From Octopus bimaculoides (taxonomy: Eukaryota): a DNA stretch of 56,957 nt. Positions 1 through 11,490 of this stretch are shown piece by piece. The position numbers and the translations under genes are program-made. How positions within the stretch are numbered: the first letter of the stretch is position 1; the number at the start of each line of letters is the position of its first letter. The notes under the pieces were generated by a model. That model saw only the letters and a program-made list of their open reading frames with translations, searched no databases and was not told the origin of the DNA. The DNA lies in the NCBI RefSeq assembly GCF_001194135.2, contig NC_068987.1, forward strand, positions 6,452,983-6,509,939, read 5' to 3'.

Positions 1-10
1 TTTCAAAATA

Positions 11-234
11 AAAATCCTTTCTCCTGAAGGCACAAAGCCTGGAATTTGGAGGGAGGGGACTAGTTGATTACATCGACCCCAGTGTTAAGTACCCCTCTGG
101 TACTTAATTTATCGACCCCGAAAGGATGAATGGCATAGTCGACCTCGGCGGAATTTGAACTCAGAGCGTAGCGACGGGCGAAATACCGCTAAGCATTTCG
201 TCCAGCATGCTAGCGATTCTGCCAGCTCGCCGCC
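11..234 (-). mobile_element. tRNA-derived SINE, family A (near full length)
   Basis: Reverse complement reads ggcggcgagctggcagaatcgctagc...gagttcaaattccgccgaggtcgact...ggggtcgataaattaagtacc. It has A/B-box-like motifs and matches copies at 6797, 10097, 35375 and 42595. Confidence 0.85.
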
Positions 235-1849
235 GTAGAAAAAAATTAAAACAAACAACAACAATAATAACGATGCAGAAGAAGTGACGGTGGAGTATGC
301 TATAGAACGTTTCCAATCTTTTGGATCAATTTCAAAAGGTTTTAAGAGTTACAAAATCATGAGCTTTTGATGTAATGCCAATCGAAGTTCCCTGCACCTT
401 GAGTTAATTCCTCCGTAACCGGATCATACTTTGATATCCAAATTTAATAGTTAATCTCCTTTGGAATTTCACAAATACTAACTAGATTTCGAAGAACATC
501 GATTTCCGAGGAAAGTATATTATTGAGAATTGCATAACCGTTTTCTTCCACTTACTGATGTGTACGGAGCTTTTCTCTCCACTAAATTTAGACAGGAACA
601 ACTTAAGTGTTAGATTTACGGATAAATAATTGCCGCACCTAAACTTCTCAAAAGCACAATGCAGAATAAACCCGCTCATTAAGATGTAGTGAAAAAAAGT
701 TTCATTAAAGTTACAACATATCTAGTGGTGTTCTTAGTTCTTTCGGTATTTAAATCATTATAACTAGTTACTTATTTAATACATTGTATAATTTTAATTA
801 ATGTTAGTATGAATGCATGGATGCCTGTGGATTTCTAAAATTAAATATTCTTTATTTTTCCTAGCATAGTTGATGTATTTCCACACTTATGGACACTTAA
901 GCACATATGATTTGTCCCTAGAGCACACACACAAAACTCCACAGGTTCGCTTATACCATAGATAGACGTTATCGCCGTTAATTTTGCGTAGAATTACCGA
1001 TGGTAGAGCATGTCACATTTCTTGCATTTTTAAAGTTCTAAAGTATGTGCGCAGATTTTATAGCTATAGTCTAATTTCATCAATAATGCTTACTAACTGG
1101 TTTATAGTATGTAACTTATAAAAAAAAAAAAAATCCAAAAAAGTCAGAATGTAGTTTTCAAGTTTTCTCTACTAGTAAAAATTTCAGCAACATGATTTGA
1201 TCACAAAAATAATTTTTATTTACTACAATATATTTATTTTACACTGCGAGATAGCGCTTTTTTTGACGTCTCTGTTTATACTTCTACTGGAAATATAAAA
1301 GATGACTAAATATTTGCAACGCTACTGTCTACATACATATTAGTCAAAACATTTCTCCAAATTATGAATGCTATCGAGCGTCAGCCAAATTATGTTCATT
1401 CCAGTCTTTTCATATTTGGTGAGTGTTTTTGAAGAAACAGAACGCTTATGCCAATTGTACCACACATAAATTTGTATCATTAAAGACTCACTAGAACGTG
1501 ATGAAATGCTTGTGCGATGCTGTTGCACATCAGGAGATAGATTTTACGTGATCTGTATATACTTTGGGCCAGCAATTTGAATTCATTTCAAGTGTGAGTC
1601 AAGTATGCGGTACTGAAGAGCTGAAATGATAGCGAAATATCGATCTCATTCACTTCCAGGATGATTCGTTTCGCCTGTCTTTGAAGTATACTGCGTTTCT
1701 CAACATGTCTTTAAAGGTACTTTCTTTCGACGATATACCACAGCTAGAAGACGTTTAACAACACATACACAAGTATACGATATTGATAATGTTTATATTA
1801 ATTTAACACTTTTATAAATATTAATCTGATATTTTTGGCTGTGCGTGTA

Positions 1850-1857
1850 GCCATCTT
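1850..1857 (-). promoter_or_regulatory. YY1-like motif (GCCATCTT / AAGATGGC) in a locally CpG-rich stretch
   Basis: gccatctt at 1850-1857, within the relatively CpG-rich 1840-1970 region. Motif match only. Confidence 0.2.
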
Positions 1858-2159
1858 CGGAGAAACAGGCGAAGTTGGGCTTCACATACATTAAATTTCT
1901 CCCCGGCGCTAACTTTTTTCCGGATACGCGACGTTGAAACCAAGATTCGACTAATTTGCTCGTGCGCCTTTTATGCCATCAAATACAATAATTGTAATCA
2001 TGATACCATTTTATTTATCGCCTCAGAAAGCTGGGTCTCTCAAGGTATGGAAAGCTCCATACGAAATTAGTGTCTCCGAAACTGAAAGAATGACAATAGT
2101 GCTGTACAACACTGTGTGAGTAGCGTAAGACAGGGGTCGAAATATCTCGAGAAACTACA

Positions 2160-2690
2160 GCAGTGAAAACGCAATGAGAGAGAGAGAGAATAACATAAAA
2201 CGAGACAGAAATAGGAAATAGAGTGAGTGGAGGACATGTTTGGAGAGAGTAAGAGCGAGCAAAGCAGAGAAGGTGAGAAAAAGACAAACAAGCAGACGGA
2301 GAATATTGAGCTGAAGGCGGTGGTGGTGGGAGAGAGAGAGAGAGAGAGAGAGAGTGGAGATTTGCAGTGGGAATGAGAGAACATTATGAAACAGCAGAAG
2401 GGATAAGGGGAAATGTTGAAGGAAGCCCGAGAGAAATTGAAGAGAGGGAATGAATGAGTTGAGAGAGATATCTAGAAAGCTTGGTAGAAATGAAGAGAAT
2501 GAATGGGTAGAGAGAGAGAGAGAGAGATGAAAAACAGAGAGGGGAAATAGAAAGAGAAAGATGAAAGTTGGAGGAAAACAAAGATTATTAATAAAACAGC
2601 GAAAAGCAGAGAAGACGAGATGAAAAAACAAAAAACAAAAATTATCAGAAGAAAATCTAACAGCGAAAGACAAAAAAATCAGAATCTAAG
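2160..2690 (+). repeat. Purine-rich (GA/GAA) low-complexity tract including (GA)n runs
   Basis: Plus strand is almost entirely A/G. It accounts for the spurious minus-strand Ser/Leu/Phe-rich ORFs. Confidence 0.9.
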
Positions 2691-2699
2691 CATTAGCTC

Positions 2700-2762
2700 T
2701 ATTTCTATCTATTTATCTATCTATGTAACCTACCTATCTATCTATCTATCTATCTATCTATC
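2700..2762. repeat. (TATC)n microsatellite
   Basis: Direct reading: tatctatctatc... Confidence 0.9.
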
Positions 2763-2908
2763 TCGATAAAGGCAATGAGGGATTATATAGACAGATATAT
2801 ATGCACAGGGAAGGAGTAGGAGGAAGAGTAGGAGTAAGCTAAGCAGTAGAGTGGGGGGGAACTATGGCAGCCACAAAGTGATAATTCTGTGTAGCGTTAT
2901 AACAGGCA

Positions 2909-2995
2909 ATGGCTGCTACAAGATCGCAGAGTCACGTTCAGGACCGAATTACTAGACCTTTAGATTCGAGAAACGATGCCCAGGTGGATCTTTTG
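2909..2995 (+). CDS. Candidate first coding exon of an unidentified gene (MAATRSQSHVQDRITRPLDSRNDAQVDLL)
   Basis: ATG in good context (gcaATGG), non-repetitive coding-like composition, ends at a phase-0 donor TTG|GTAGGT followed by T-rich intron-like sequence. No downstream exon could be linked and the protein is not recognised. Confidence 0.35.
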
Positions 2996-3704
2996 GTAGG
3001 TGCTTTGATTTTAGATTATCGTCTCCGAGTTTTTTGTCTACGTTTGATTACCCCCTGTATTTATTTTTTATTAATTTATCACTCCGTGTGTTTTGTAGTC
3101 TTTGTTGGTCGGTGTGTCTACTCCTTTGTTGATTATTTTAGAGAAGAAAAAAAGGAAAGAAAAAAAAAGGGGAGAGTAAAAACGGAAAAAGACAATAATC
3201 TGTGGTCCTTACATATATAAAATATAACCCCGTGGCTGCCCTTTGTAAAATACTAATATATATATATATATATATTGTTAGAACACCTCTATTGCTAGAA
3301 ATAAGAGCTAATTTAGGCGCTCTTAACACCCAAGTCACAGTGACAATTATAGTTTTCTTTTTTTGGTAAAACATTGCGTACTGCAGTCTATATCAAATTA
3401 TTATTAATTATATATATATATATATATATATGTGTGTTTATATAATATATATGTTTATATAATTGAGAGAGAGAGAGAGAGAGTCGCGAGTGAAGGCACT
3501 TGTTCTTTTCTTTTACAATATTTATTCTTTTTATTTTAATGACAATAACCAACATGATTAGAATGAAAAAAACAGACAGACGGTACAAGTAACAACAAAC
3601 ACACGTTTACCAATACACGTATCTCCACAGACATATGTAGCGCTGTGGTTGCGTTTGAACGCGAGCGCATAAATAATACACAGATAGATACGTACATGTA
3701 ACGG

Positions 3705-3737
<33 letters not shown>

Positions 3738-3915
3738 ATATCCGTATATATATTATATATACGTACATATATATAACAAAAAAATTATACAAGATGGAAC
3801 AAAAACAGGCTTTAATTTACAAATTACAAAACGTTTGTATATATGCGGTGTGTGTGTGTATGTATATATATGTAAAGCGCATGGCCTAAGTGTTGAAACA
3901 TGTAAAAGAATAAAA

Positions 3916-3916
<1 letters not shown>

Positions 3917-3988
<72 letters not shown>
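3917..3988. repeat. Long (TA)n microsatellite (one of many in the window)
   Basis: Direct reading. Confidence 0.95.
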
Positions 3989-3992
<4 letters not shown>

Positions 3993-4597
3993 TACTTGAT
4001 ATACACACATTCACTCACGCGCGCACACGCTCTCTTTCCCAATCTCGTGTCCGTGTTTACACACACACGCACTCGCTCTCACACACACACACGTGTTTTT
4101 TCAGTGAACGCTTGCATACCATCCACAAGGCACTTATACACACACGTTCAGTGTTACACAGAAGAGACATAATCTGCGCGAATATTTTATTTATGCGTTT
4201 ACACAATCATAAAAATAAAAAAAAAAACAGAACCGCGGATTTACAAATTTATATTTACGGAAACCTCATGTCTGATCTCTGTATGTACGCGCACTCGCGT
4301 GAGAGAGAGAGAGATAGATAGAGAAAGAGCGTGTGTGTGCGTGTGTATTTAATCCCTCAAATAAGGTTGCCTCTGCAGAAAAAATTTGTGGGAACGGATA
4401 TTTGTTTCATAAATATCCTCATCTCTTCTATATATGTACCTTGTGGAAAATATCTTGTATAGTATGTGTGTATATAATATATTTTATAGTTATTATATAT
4501 ACTATATATTCTATATATAAGTACTGCGGTTGATTTGCTCGATTAAATCTCTGAAGACGAGCCCCAGCATAACAGCAGTCAAATAACTGTAACAAGA

Positions 4598-4637
<40 letters not shown>

Positions 4638-5379
4638 GCTTTACACACATTATTATTCTTTAACACGAATTGTAATGATTGTGACTTCGGAGTTTCGGTT
4701 AACCAATCCATCATCGGACTTCAGTTTAACGTAAAATTATTCTTATAGTTAAGTCTTCCCAAATTTCAGGCCTTTTGCCTATAGTAGTAAGGATTATAGT
4801 TAAACATAAAAACAATATCTATCATCAATCTATCTATATATATATATAATACGTACATATATCTATCTGACTGAACGTATTTTTGTAGTAATCACACCCT
4901 CGCTGCTCCTCTGCAAACGACAGCGAAAGGCAAAACCACATGCCCACATGCTGTACACGTTTTCCCATTCACTAAACATGAAAATAGCTGGCATTTCATT
5001 ATTTCATCATCACAGAGGCCTTCGTCTATGCCAATGGCTTTCTTATCTCTATTTATATTCTGAAGATGCGTTTTACAAATCTTACAATTCAAACACATAC
5101 ACAATAATTTATTATACATAAATGGAGTTATTTATCTTATTTAATCCCCACATTGTGTGTGATTCTTATATGTTAATGTAAATGCGCGCGCTTGTGTGCA
5201 TATGTAGGTGTGCGCGCGCTTATGTGCGTGCGCACGCGCTCATGTGTGTGAGTGCGCGCTTATGTTTATGTCTGCAATATTAGCGCGATTTTCCATCACC
5301 AGGCGCAAATATATCTATGCGGTATGTCAAAGGTGTCTATTGTTATCACAGATCTGCATATAATGTTCAAAGGCTCATA

Positions 5380-5448
<69 letters not shown>

Positions 5449-5809
5449 NNNNNNNNNNNNNNNNNNNNNNNNNNNNNNNNNNNNNNNNNNNNNNNNNNNN
5501 NNNNNNNNNNNNNNNNNNNNNNNNNNNNNNNNNNNNNNNNNNNNNNNNNNNNNNNNNNNNNNNNNNNNNNNNNNNNNNNNNNNNNNNNNNNNNNNNNNNN
5601 NNNNNNNNNNNNNNNNNNNNNNNNNNNNNNNNNNNNNNNNNNNNNNNNNNNNNNNNNNNNNNNNNNNNNNNNNNNNNNNNNNNNNNNNNNNNNNNNNNNN
5701 NNNNNNNNNNNNNNNNNNNNNNNNNNNNNNNNNNNNNNNNNNNNNNNNNNNNNNNNNNNNNNNNNNNNNNNNNNNNNNNNNNNNNNNNNNNNNNNNNNNN
5801 NNNNNNNNN
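5449..5809. other. Assembly gap (others: 9146-9518, 14285-14668, 18278-18404, 28546-28555, 32072-32860, 53724-53763)
   Basis: N runs, several flanked by (TA)n or (TATG)n arrays. Confidence 1.
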
Positions 5810-5934
5810 TTAAAGTCATTTATTTATTTCTAATATTCCTGTGTTGCATGCAATGGAAAGTACGGTTCTGAATAAAATAAAACATACTTTACCTCCATCT
5901 CCTTCCCTCTTTTTGGGCCCATGAGATGTAGGGA

Positions 5935-6070
5935 CAGCTACTCACTAGGGTAGCTAGGGGCGGCACTTTTAAAGGGGCACCACTTTTGGGTCTGCTGTAG
6001 GCAATATGAGCTTTTTGTGAGGTCCGGAGGCCGCTCCGGACGGCACACATTGCCTACTAGTGCAGCTAGT
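5935..6070. mobile_element. Small palindromic element (MITE or Helitron-end-like)
   Basis: gtaggcaat/attgcctac inverted pair, GC hairpin gtccggag-gccg-ctccggac, ends ...ctagt followed by a T run. Confidence 0.35.
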
Positions 6071-6796
6071 TTTTTTTTTTTTTTCTGTCTCTTTCACTGT
6101 GTGTGCGTGTGTATATGAGGCAAAAGATATGACAAAGAGAAGGGAAATAGCGGGTGTGTTGAAAGAAAACTATACGTTTCTAGTACACACGCTTCTTCTG
6201 AAAGAAAGACTAGACAAGGAAAGAAAAATAAAACGGAGAACGAAAATGGAGAAAGAAACGCACGTGTATATATAACCCACACGGTTGTACGTGTGTGTAG
6301 CTGTGTAGGGTGGTCCTCGGGTTACTGGCGTCCCCAGTGCAAATGCATTTTCGGACCCCCTTGCAAGTAACTTTTGAAAAATGTTCCCCAAAGAGGAAAT
6401 CCTGCCGATACAGAAATAAAAAGAGTATATTAAAATATAGGAGCTAACTAGGTTATATGAAATATAAACACAAACATGGAAATTTCTGCTCGTCATTGCA
6501 GTAAACGCTCTCCATCTACGGCTCTCTCTCTCATGTTCCGCAATCGTCGTGTTTACTCGTGTATAAGTTGCACTATTTTATATTTGATGTGAACAGTGGT
6601 GGGGGGGAAAAAAACGCAAAAACGAGAAATACTGGGGGTGACTTACGCACGGAGGAGGGGACAACGCTAGCACTTGCGAAGGGACGAAAAAAAGTCTTCT
6701 ACCAAGATTTAACACTAAATTAAGGGTGTATGGCTTATACACGAATAAATACGGAATATTACAATAATAACATGATTCAATATTCAAGGAATTTAA

Positions 6797-7130
6797 GGCA
6801 GCGAGCTGGCAGAATCGTTAGCACGCCGGACGAATTGCTTGGTGGTATTTTGTCTGTGTTTACCTTCAAAGTTCAAGTTCGGCCGAGGTCGACTTTGTCT
6901 TTCATCCTTTCGGGATCGATAAAATTAAGTACCAGTTGCGTACTCAGGTCGATCTAATCGACTGCTCCGCCTCCCCCAAAATTTCGGGCTTTGTGACTAG
7001 AGTAGAAAAAGAGAATCGTTAGCACGATGGACAAAGTGCTTAGCAGCATTTCGTCTGTCTTCGCGTTCGTCCCGGGTTGACTTTGCCCTTCATCCTTTCA
7101 GGATCGATAGAATAAGTACCAGTTGAGAAC
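6797..7130 (+). mobile_element. SINE family A, full copy plus a tandem 5'-truncated copy
   Basis: gcgagctggcagaatcgttagcacgccggacg... and a second agaatcgttagcacg at ~7013. Confidence 0.85.
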
Positions 7131-7274
7131 TGATGCCAAAATTTGAAATCAATACTCAAGGAATTTCGCATTTAATTTTTACTAAATTTTATATTTTTCT
7201 CCCTGTTGCTTGTTTACGTATTGGTGTGTGACAAACACAGACACATAGATGTGTGCACATATACACACAACAGG

Positions 7275-7400
7275 ATTCCACGCAGTTCATCATGTGCTAA
7301 ATTCACTCATGAGGCATTGGTAAATCCAGGGCTACAGAAGACACTTACCCAAGGTGCCTTACACTGAGACTGAACCCAAAACCACATCACACAACCATGT
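7275..7400 (-). mobile_element. SINE family B, degenerate 5' module
   Basis: gaagacacttacccaaggtgcc...gactgaaccc is the reverse complement of the B head. Confidence 0.6.
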
Positions 7401-7435
7401 TCACATCTACTTCATAGATATTTACACACAAACAT

Positions 7436-7599
7436 AGGCAGAGGCGTGGCTGTGTGGTGAGTAGCTTGCTTCCCAACCACATGGTTCCAGGTTCAGTCCC
7501 ACTGCATGGCACCTTCGGCAAGTGTCTTCTACTATAGCCTCAGGCGGACCAAAGCCTTGTGAATGGATTTGGTAGAGGGAAACTGAAAGAAGCACGTCG

Positions 7600-7631
<32 letters not shown>

Positions 7632-7850
7632 TGTGTATCTGTGTTTGTCACCCCCCATCATCGCCTGACAACTGATGTTGGCGTGTTTAGCCCCCCCCCC
7701 CGTAACTTAGAGGTTCAGCAAAAGAGATCGATAGAATAAGTACTAGGCTTACAAAGAATAAGTCCTGGGGTCGATTGATTCGACTAAAAAGGCAGTGCTC
7801 CAGCATGGCTGCAGTCAGATAGTTGAAACAAGTAAAAGAATAAAGAATTC
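7436..7850 (+). mobile_element. tRNA-like SINE family B, full length with internal (TA)n
   Basis: gtggctgtgtggtgagtagcttgcttcccaaccacatggttccaggttcagtcccactgc...gaaactgaaagaagc-(TA)n-...gatagaataagtactaggcttacaaagaataagtcctggggtcgat...gaaacaagtaaaagaa. Confidence 0.9.
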
Positions 7851-8149
7851 TATTAAAAAGTAGGGAAGTGGGATGCAAAATTGGTTTTTATAAGAATTTA
7901 ATGATTTTGACTTACTCTCAAACAAGAATAAATGTTAGTGTTTGGGGCTGAAAGACTGCGAAGCAGATGCAGGACCAGTAAGAAAGAGATGTTAACCAGG
8001 AAAGCAAAAAAGGGCCTATAGATATAAAATGGCTCCCTTCCTAAAAGGTCCACCCTCCACTCAAAAAAACAGAAAATCTCATTGAAGTTGAGAGCACATT
8101 TCCCCACAAAGTCCTCAAAATCACCCTGGAAAAATTCTATCAGTAGACA

Positions 8150-8425
8150 CCATCATTATCATCATCATCATCATCATCATCATCTTCATTAATCCCTGGG
8201 CATTATTGTCTTGACTTCTAGGATTCATAATGCCAGTTACCTGGTCTTCATGGCTTATAAGTGAACAAAACCTCACCAGTCTCCTTGAATGGGGTGCCAG
8301 TTTGTCACAGAGTTACCTTCTAACAACATGTCTAAAGTAATGGAGCTGTGTCCTCTCAATGTGGAGAAGTAATGGCATGATCTGGAGAGATTCCTTAATC
8401 TCTGAACTATTGGCTGTTTCATCAT
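8150..8425 (-). mobile_element. RTE-clade LINE 3' fragment (Rex3/Expander-like C-terminus) with (GAT)n tail
   Basis: Minus translation SSEIKESLQIMPLLLHIERTQLHYFRHVVR resembles the RTE motif SSxIREELxVEPLLLxIERSQLRWxGHLxR. (CAT)n on plus at 8150-8185. Confidence 0.7.
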
Positions 8426-8705
8426 CATCATTATTCAGAGTCTGTTTTCCATGCTGGCCTGGGTCAGACGGTTTGACTGGAACTGTTAATGCCCTTCCTA
8501 ATGCCAACCACTCCAATCAAAAAAGTAGTGGGTTCCTTTTACATGTCAGTGGTACTGGCCACGACTATGCTTTCACTTGGCCTGAAGCACAGCAAACCGC
8601 CAAAGGTCTCTATCATTTGTCATTGCCTCCATGAGACCCAACATCCGAAGATCATGGCCTCACCACCTCATCCCATGTCTTCCTAGGTCTACCTCTTCCA
8701 CACAT
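8426..8705 (-). mobile_element. RTE-clade LINE 3' fragment (C-terminus plus 3' UTR, called family C tail here)
   Basis: Minus translation CGRGRPRKTWDEVVR/(frameshift)DLRMLGLMEAMTNDRDLWRFAVL, followed by ggttggcattaggaagggcat...ccagcatggaaaacagac and a (GAT)n end. Confidence 0.8.
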
Positions 8706-8829
8706 ATACAAAATACAATACTAATAACAGTCATTTAAAATCGAAAAAGAGGTCAGCAGGTGGCAGTAATGGAATTATGTTAAAAGGGGATGTATGTATA
8801 TGTGTGTATAAGTGGGGGGAAATAAAGAT

Positions 8830-9045
8830 GTTTAATACTTTAGCGTTTCAGCCATTCATATCCAGCACAAATAGGTTCTACCAGCCAGATTGACTTATGT
8901 TCTACCAACCAGATCCAGCCTATCACACCTGCTCCTTCTAATTACATACAATAACATCATCAAAATTTCGAAGCTATGAGATAATGCATGATTAATTAAA
9001 AATAATGTAAATGATAGAGAAATCTGAATGCTAATGATGCTAAAT
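8830..9045 (+). mobile_element. Degenerate piggyBac-type MITE (family H)
   Basis: Similar to 34320-34548 (ctttagc...gagataatgcatgattaatt...aatgctaa). Confidence 0.6.
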
Positions 9046-9518
9046 GGTCAATGTAAGGACAGGTAATTAGAAACGAGCATTTTCATGATCTAATGATGTC
9101 CAAGCTGTTGCCATTATCATAGTTTTTTTTTTTCTTTCATATCCANNNNNNNNNNNNNNNNNNNNNNNNNNNNNNNNNNNNNNNNNNNNNNNNNNNNNNN
9201 NNNNNNNNNNNNNNNNNNNNNNNNNNNNNNNNNNNNNNNNNNNNNNNNNNNNNNNNNNNNNNNNNNNNNNNNNNNNNNNNNNNNNNNNNNNNNNNNNNNN
9301 NNNNNNNNNNNNNNNNNNNNNNNNNNNNNNNNNNNNNNNNNNNNNNNNNNNNNNNNNNNNNNNNNNNNNNNNNNNNNNNNNNNNNNNNNNNNNNNNNNNN
9401 NNNNNNNNNNNNNNNNNNNNNNNNNNNNNNNNNNNNNNNNNNNNNNNNNNNNNNNNNNNNNNNNNNNNNNNNNNNNNNNNNNNNNNNNNNNNNNNNNNNN
9501 NNNNNNNNNNNNNNNNNN

Positions 9519-9560
<42 letters not shown>

Positions 9561-9604
9561 TAATGCATACACATTCATATATATATGAGTGTGTGTTTAA
9601 TACG

Positions 9605-9765
9605 CAACTAGCTTCTTTCAGTTTCCAACTGCTGAATCCAGTCAAGGCTTTGGTCAGCCTGGGGCAGTAGTAGGAGACAATTACCCGAGGTGCTATGCAT
9701 TGAGACTGAACCTGGGACCATGCGGTTGGGAAGTAAACTTCTTACCATGTAGTCATATCTGCATC
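9605..9765 (-). mobile_element. SINE family B 5' module
   Basis: cttctttcagtttcc...caaggctttggtc...gactgaacctgggaccatgcggttggga. Confidence 0.75.
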
Positions 9766-9889
9766 TATCGTTTCTTTTTCTGAAAACAGAGTGAGATCTG
9801 ATGGAGATCTCACTGTTAGATTCAGTTTTCTTTTCATTGCAGAAGAAATGATCTGCAAAAATCCAAAACATTATTTTCAAACATACAGG

Positions 9890-10050
9890 TGTATGTGTGG
9901 CTGTAAGGTATGAAGCTTGCTTCCCAACCACATGGTTCCGGGTTCAGTCCCACTTCATGGCACCTTGGGCAAGTGTCTTCTACTATACCCTCCTGTCGTC
10001 CAAAACCTTGTTAGCAGATTTTGTAGAAGGAAACTAAAAGAAGCTTGTCA
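9890..10050 (+). mobile_element. SINE family B 5' module
   Basis: gtggctgtaaggtatgaagcttgcttcccaaccacatggttccgggttcagtccc...ggaaactaaaagaagc. Confidence 0.85.
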
Positions 10051-10069
10051 TATAAACATATATATGGTT

Positions 10070-10492
10070 ACGTTAGCATGCCAGGTGAAATGCTTAGCGG
10101 CGAGCTGGCAGAATCGTTAGCACGCCGGACGAAATGCTTAGTGGTATTTCGTCTGCCATTACGTTCTGAGTTCAAATTCCGCCGAGGTCAACTTTGCCTT
10201 TCATCCTTTCGGGGTCGATAAATTAAGTACCAGTTAAGCACTGGGGTCGATGTAATCAACTTAATCCGTTCGTCTGTTCTTGTTTGTTCCCTCTATGTTT
10301 AGCCCCTTGTGGGCAATAACGAAATAGGTATTTTGTTTGTCTTTGCGTTCTGAGTTCAAATTCCACGGAGTTCAATTTTGCCTTTCATTCTTTCGGGGTC
10401 AATAAATTAAGTACCAGTTGCATACTGGGGTTGATCCAATCGACTGGTCCTCTCCACAAAAATGTTGGGCCTTGTGCCTAGAATAGAAAAGT
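10070..10492 (+). mobile_element. Tandem SINE family A cluster (partial, full, 5'-truncated)
   Basis: ggcgagctggcagaatcgttagcacgccgg at 10099. ttctgagttcaaattcc occurs at ~10165 and ~10348. Confidence 0.85.
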
Positions 10493-10607
10493 ATATATAT
10501 GGTTAGGTAAAAAAAATTTTTTTTAAATGGAGAAAAAATCAAAAACACAAGGACGTGGTACATGCAAAGTATTAATGAGACACTCTGAGAAGGAAAGAAA
10601 GAGTGGT

Positions 10608-10644
10608 TGTTTTACATTTCGAGCAGAGCTCTTCTTCGGAAACA
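10608..10644 (-). ncRNA. Degenerate minimal type I hammerhead ribozyme (PLE type)
   Basis: uguuu-C(C)GAAGA-a-GAGC-ucu-GCUC-GAAA(U)-GUA-aaaca: 5-bp stem I, 4-bp stem II, two C/T substitutions relative to a canonical core. Confidence 0.7.
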
Positions 10645-11059
10645 GGAGACATAGGAAAGTCCAAAAGAAAGTAAGAAGGAGAAGGAAAAAAAAAATTGTT
10701 GGCATGTGTATGCAGACAGAGTGAGAATGTGTATGGGCTGCATGTGTGTCCCACTCTCTTTGGGTCACTCTGTCTGTCTGTCTGTCTGTATGTATGTATG
10801 TGTGTGTGTGTGTGTGCATGCATGTACGTGTGCATGTATTTGTGTTGTGTGTAATGGCATGTGTGCATGGACAGAGTAGCAATGTGTATGTGTGTGATGT
10901 GCACAAGTTTGGGTGTGTGCATGTGTGTGTAGAAGTGTATGTACATGCATTTATGTGTTGCGTGTAGCGGGTTGTGTATGGGGGTATATGTGTGTTGTAT
11001 GTAGAGGGTTGTGTGTGCATGAGAGGGAGAGGTGGTGGGGTGGGGTATAGGAATAGGTG

Positions 11060-11490
11060 ATAAAAAATCAATAGAAATAATATGTAATACAAATAAGAAG
11101 GAAACAGTAAAATAAAACCCGTAAAAGGAAAAGATCGCATGAATAAATCAGTGAGAGAAATAAAAAAATAAAATAAAATAAAATATAAAACGATAAAAAA
11201 GTAACATAATAAAAATTAAATAAAATATAATAAAAATAAAATAAAATATAAATGATTAAAAATAAAATAAAAAGATAAAAAATAGAAAATAATAAATAGA
11301 TAAAATATAGAAAATAATAAATAGATAAAATAAAAGGATCAAAATAAACAGGTATAACAGTAAGAGAAATAAACGAATAAAAAATTAATAAAAATGAATA
11401 AAAAACAACCAAATAAAAAGTAAAAGGAATAAATGATAAAAGTTATAAAATATGAATAAAAATAATAAATGAGTAAAAATAAGATTTTTT
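11060..11490. repeat. AT-rich (TAAAA-like) low-complexity tract
   Basis: Direct reading. Lies inside the PLE remnant. Confidence 0.9.

Noticed and set aside
390-570. Minus-frame peptide EENGYAILNNILSSEIDVLR resembling a dioxygenase N-terminus
   Set aside because: Bounded by stop codons, no acceptor or ATG, and the similarity is short.
1609-1650. CUGAAGA-GCU...AGC-GAAAU..AUC hammerhead-like string
   Set aside because: Stem I forms only 1 bp, so it is probably chance.
4683-4725. Minus-strand CCGAUGA...CC-GAAAC-uccgaa-GUC
   Set aside because: U4 is altered, stem II is poor and stem I has only 2 bp.
4892-5119. Cys-rich minus ORF (CKIC...CTAC)
   Set aside because: No recognisable domain spacing, no supporting splice signals or neighbouring exons. 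It could be a transposon relic but cannot be supported.
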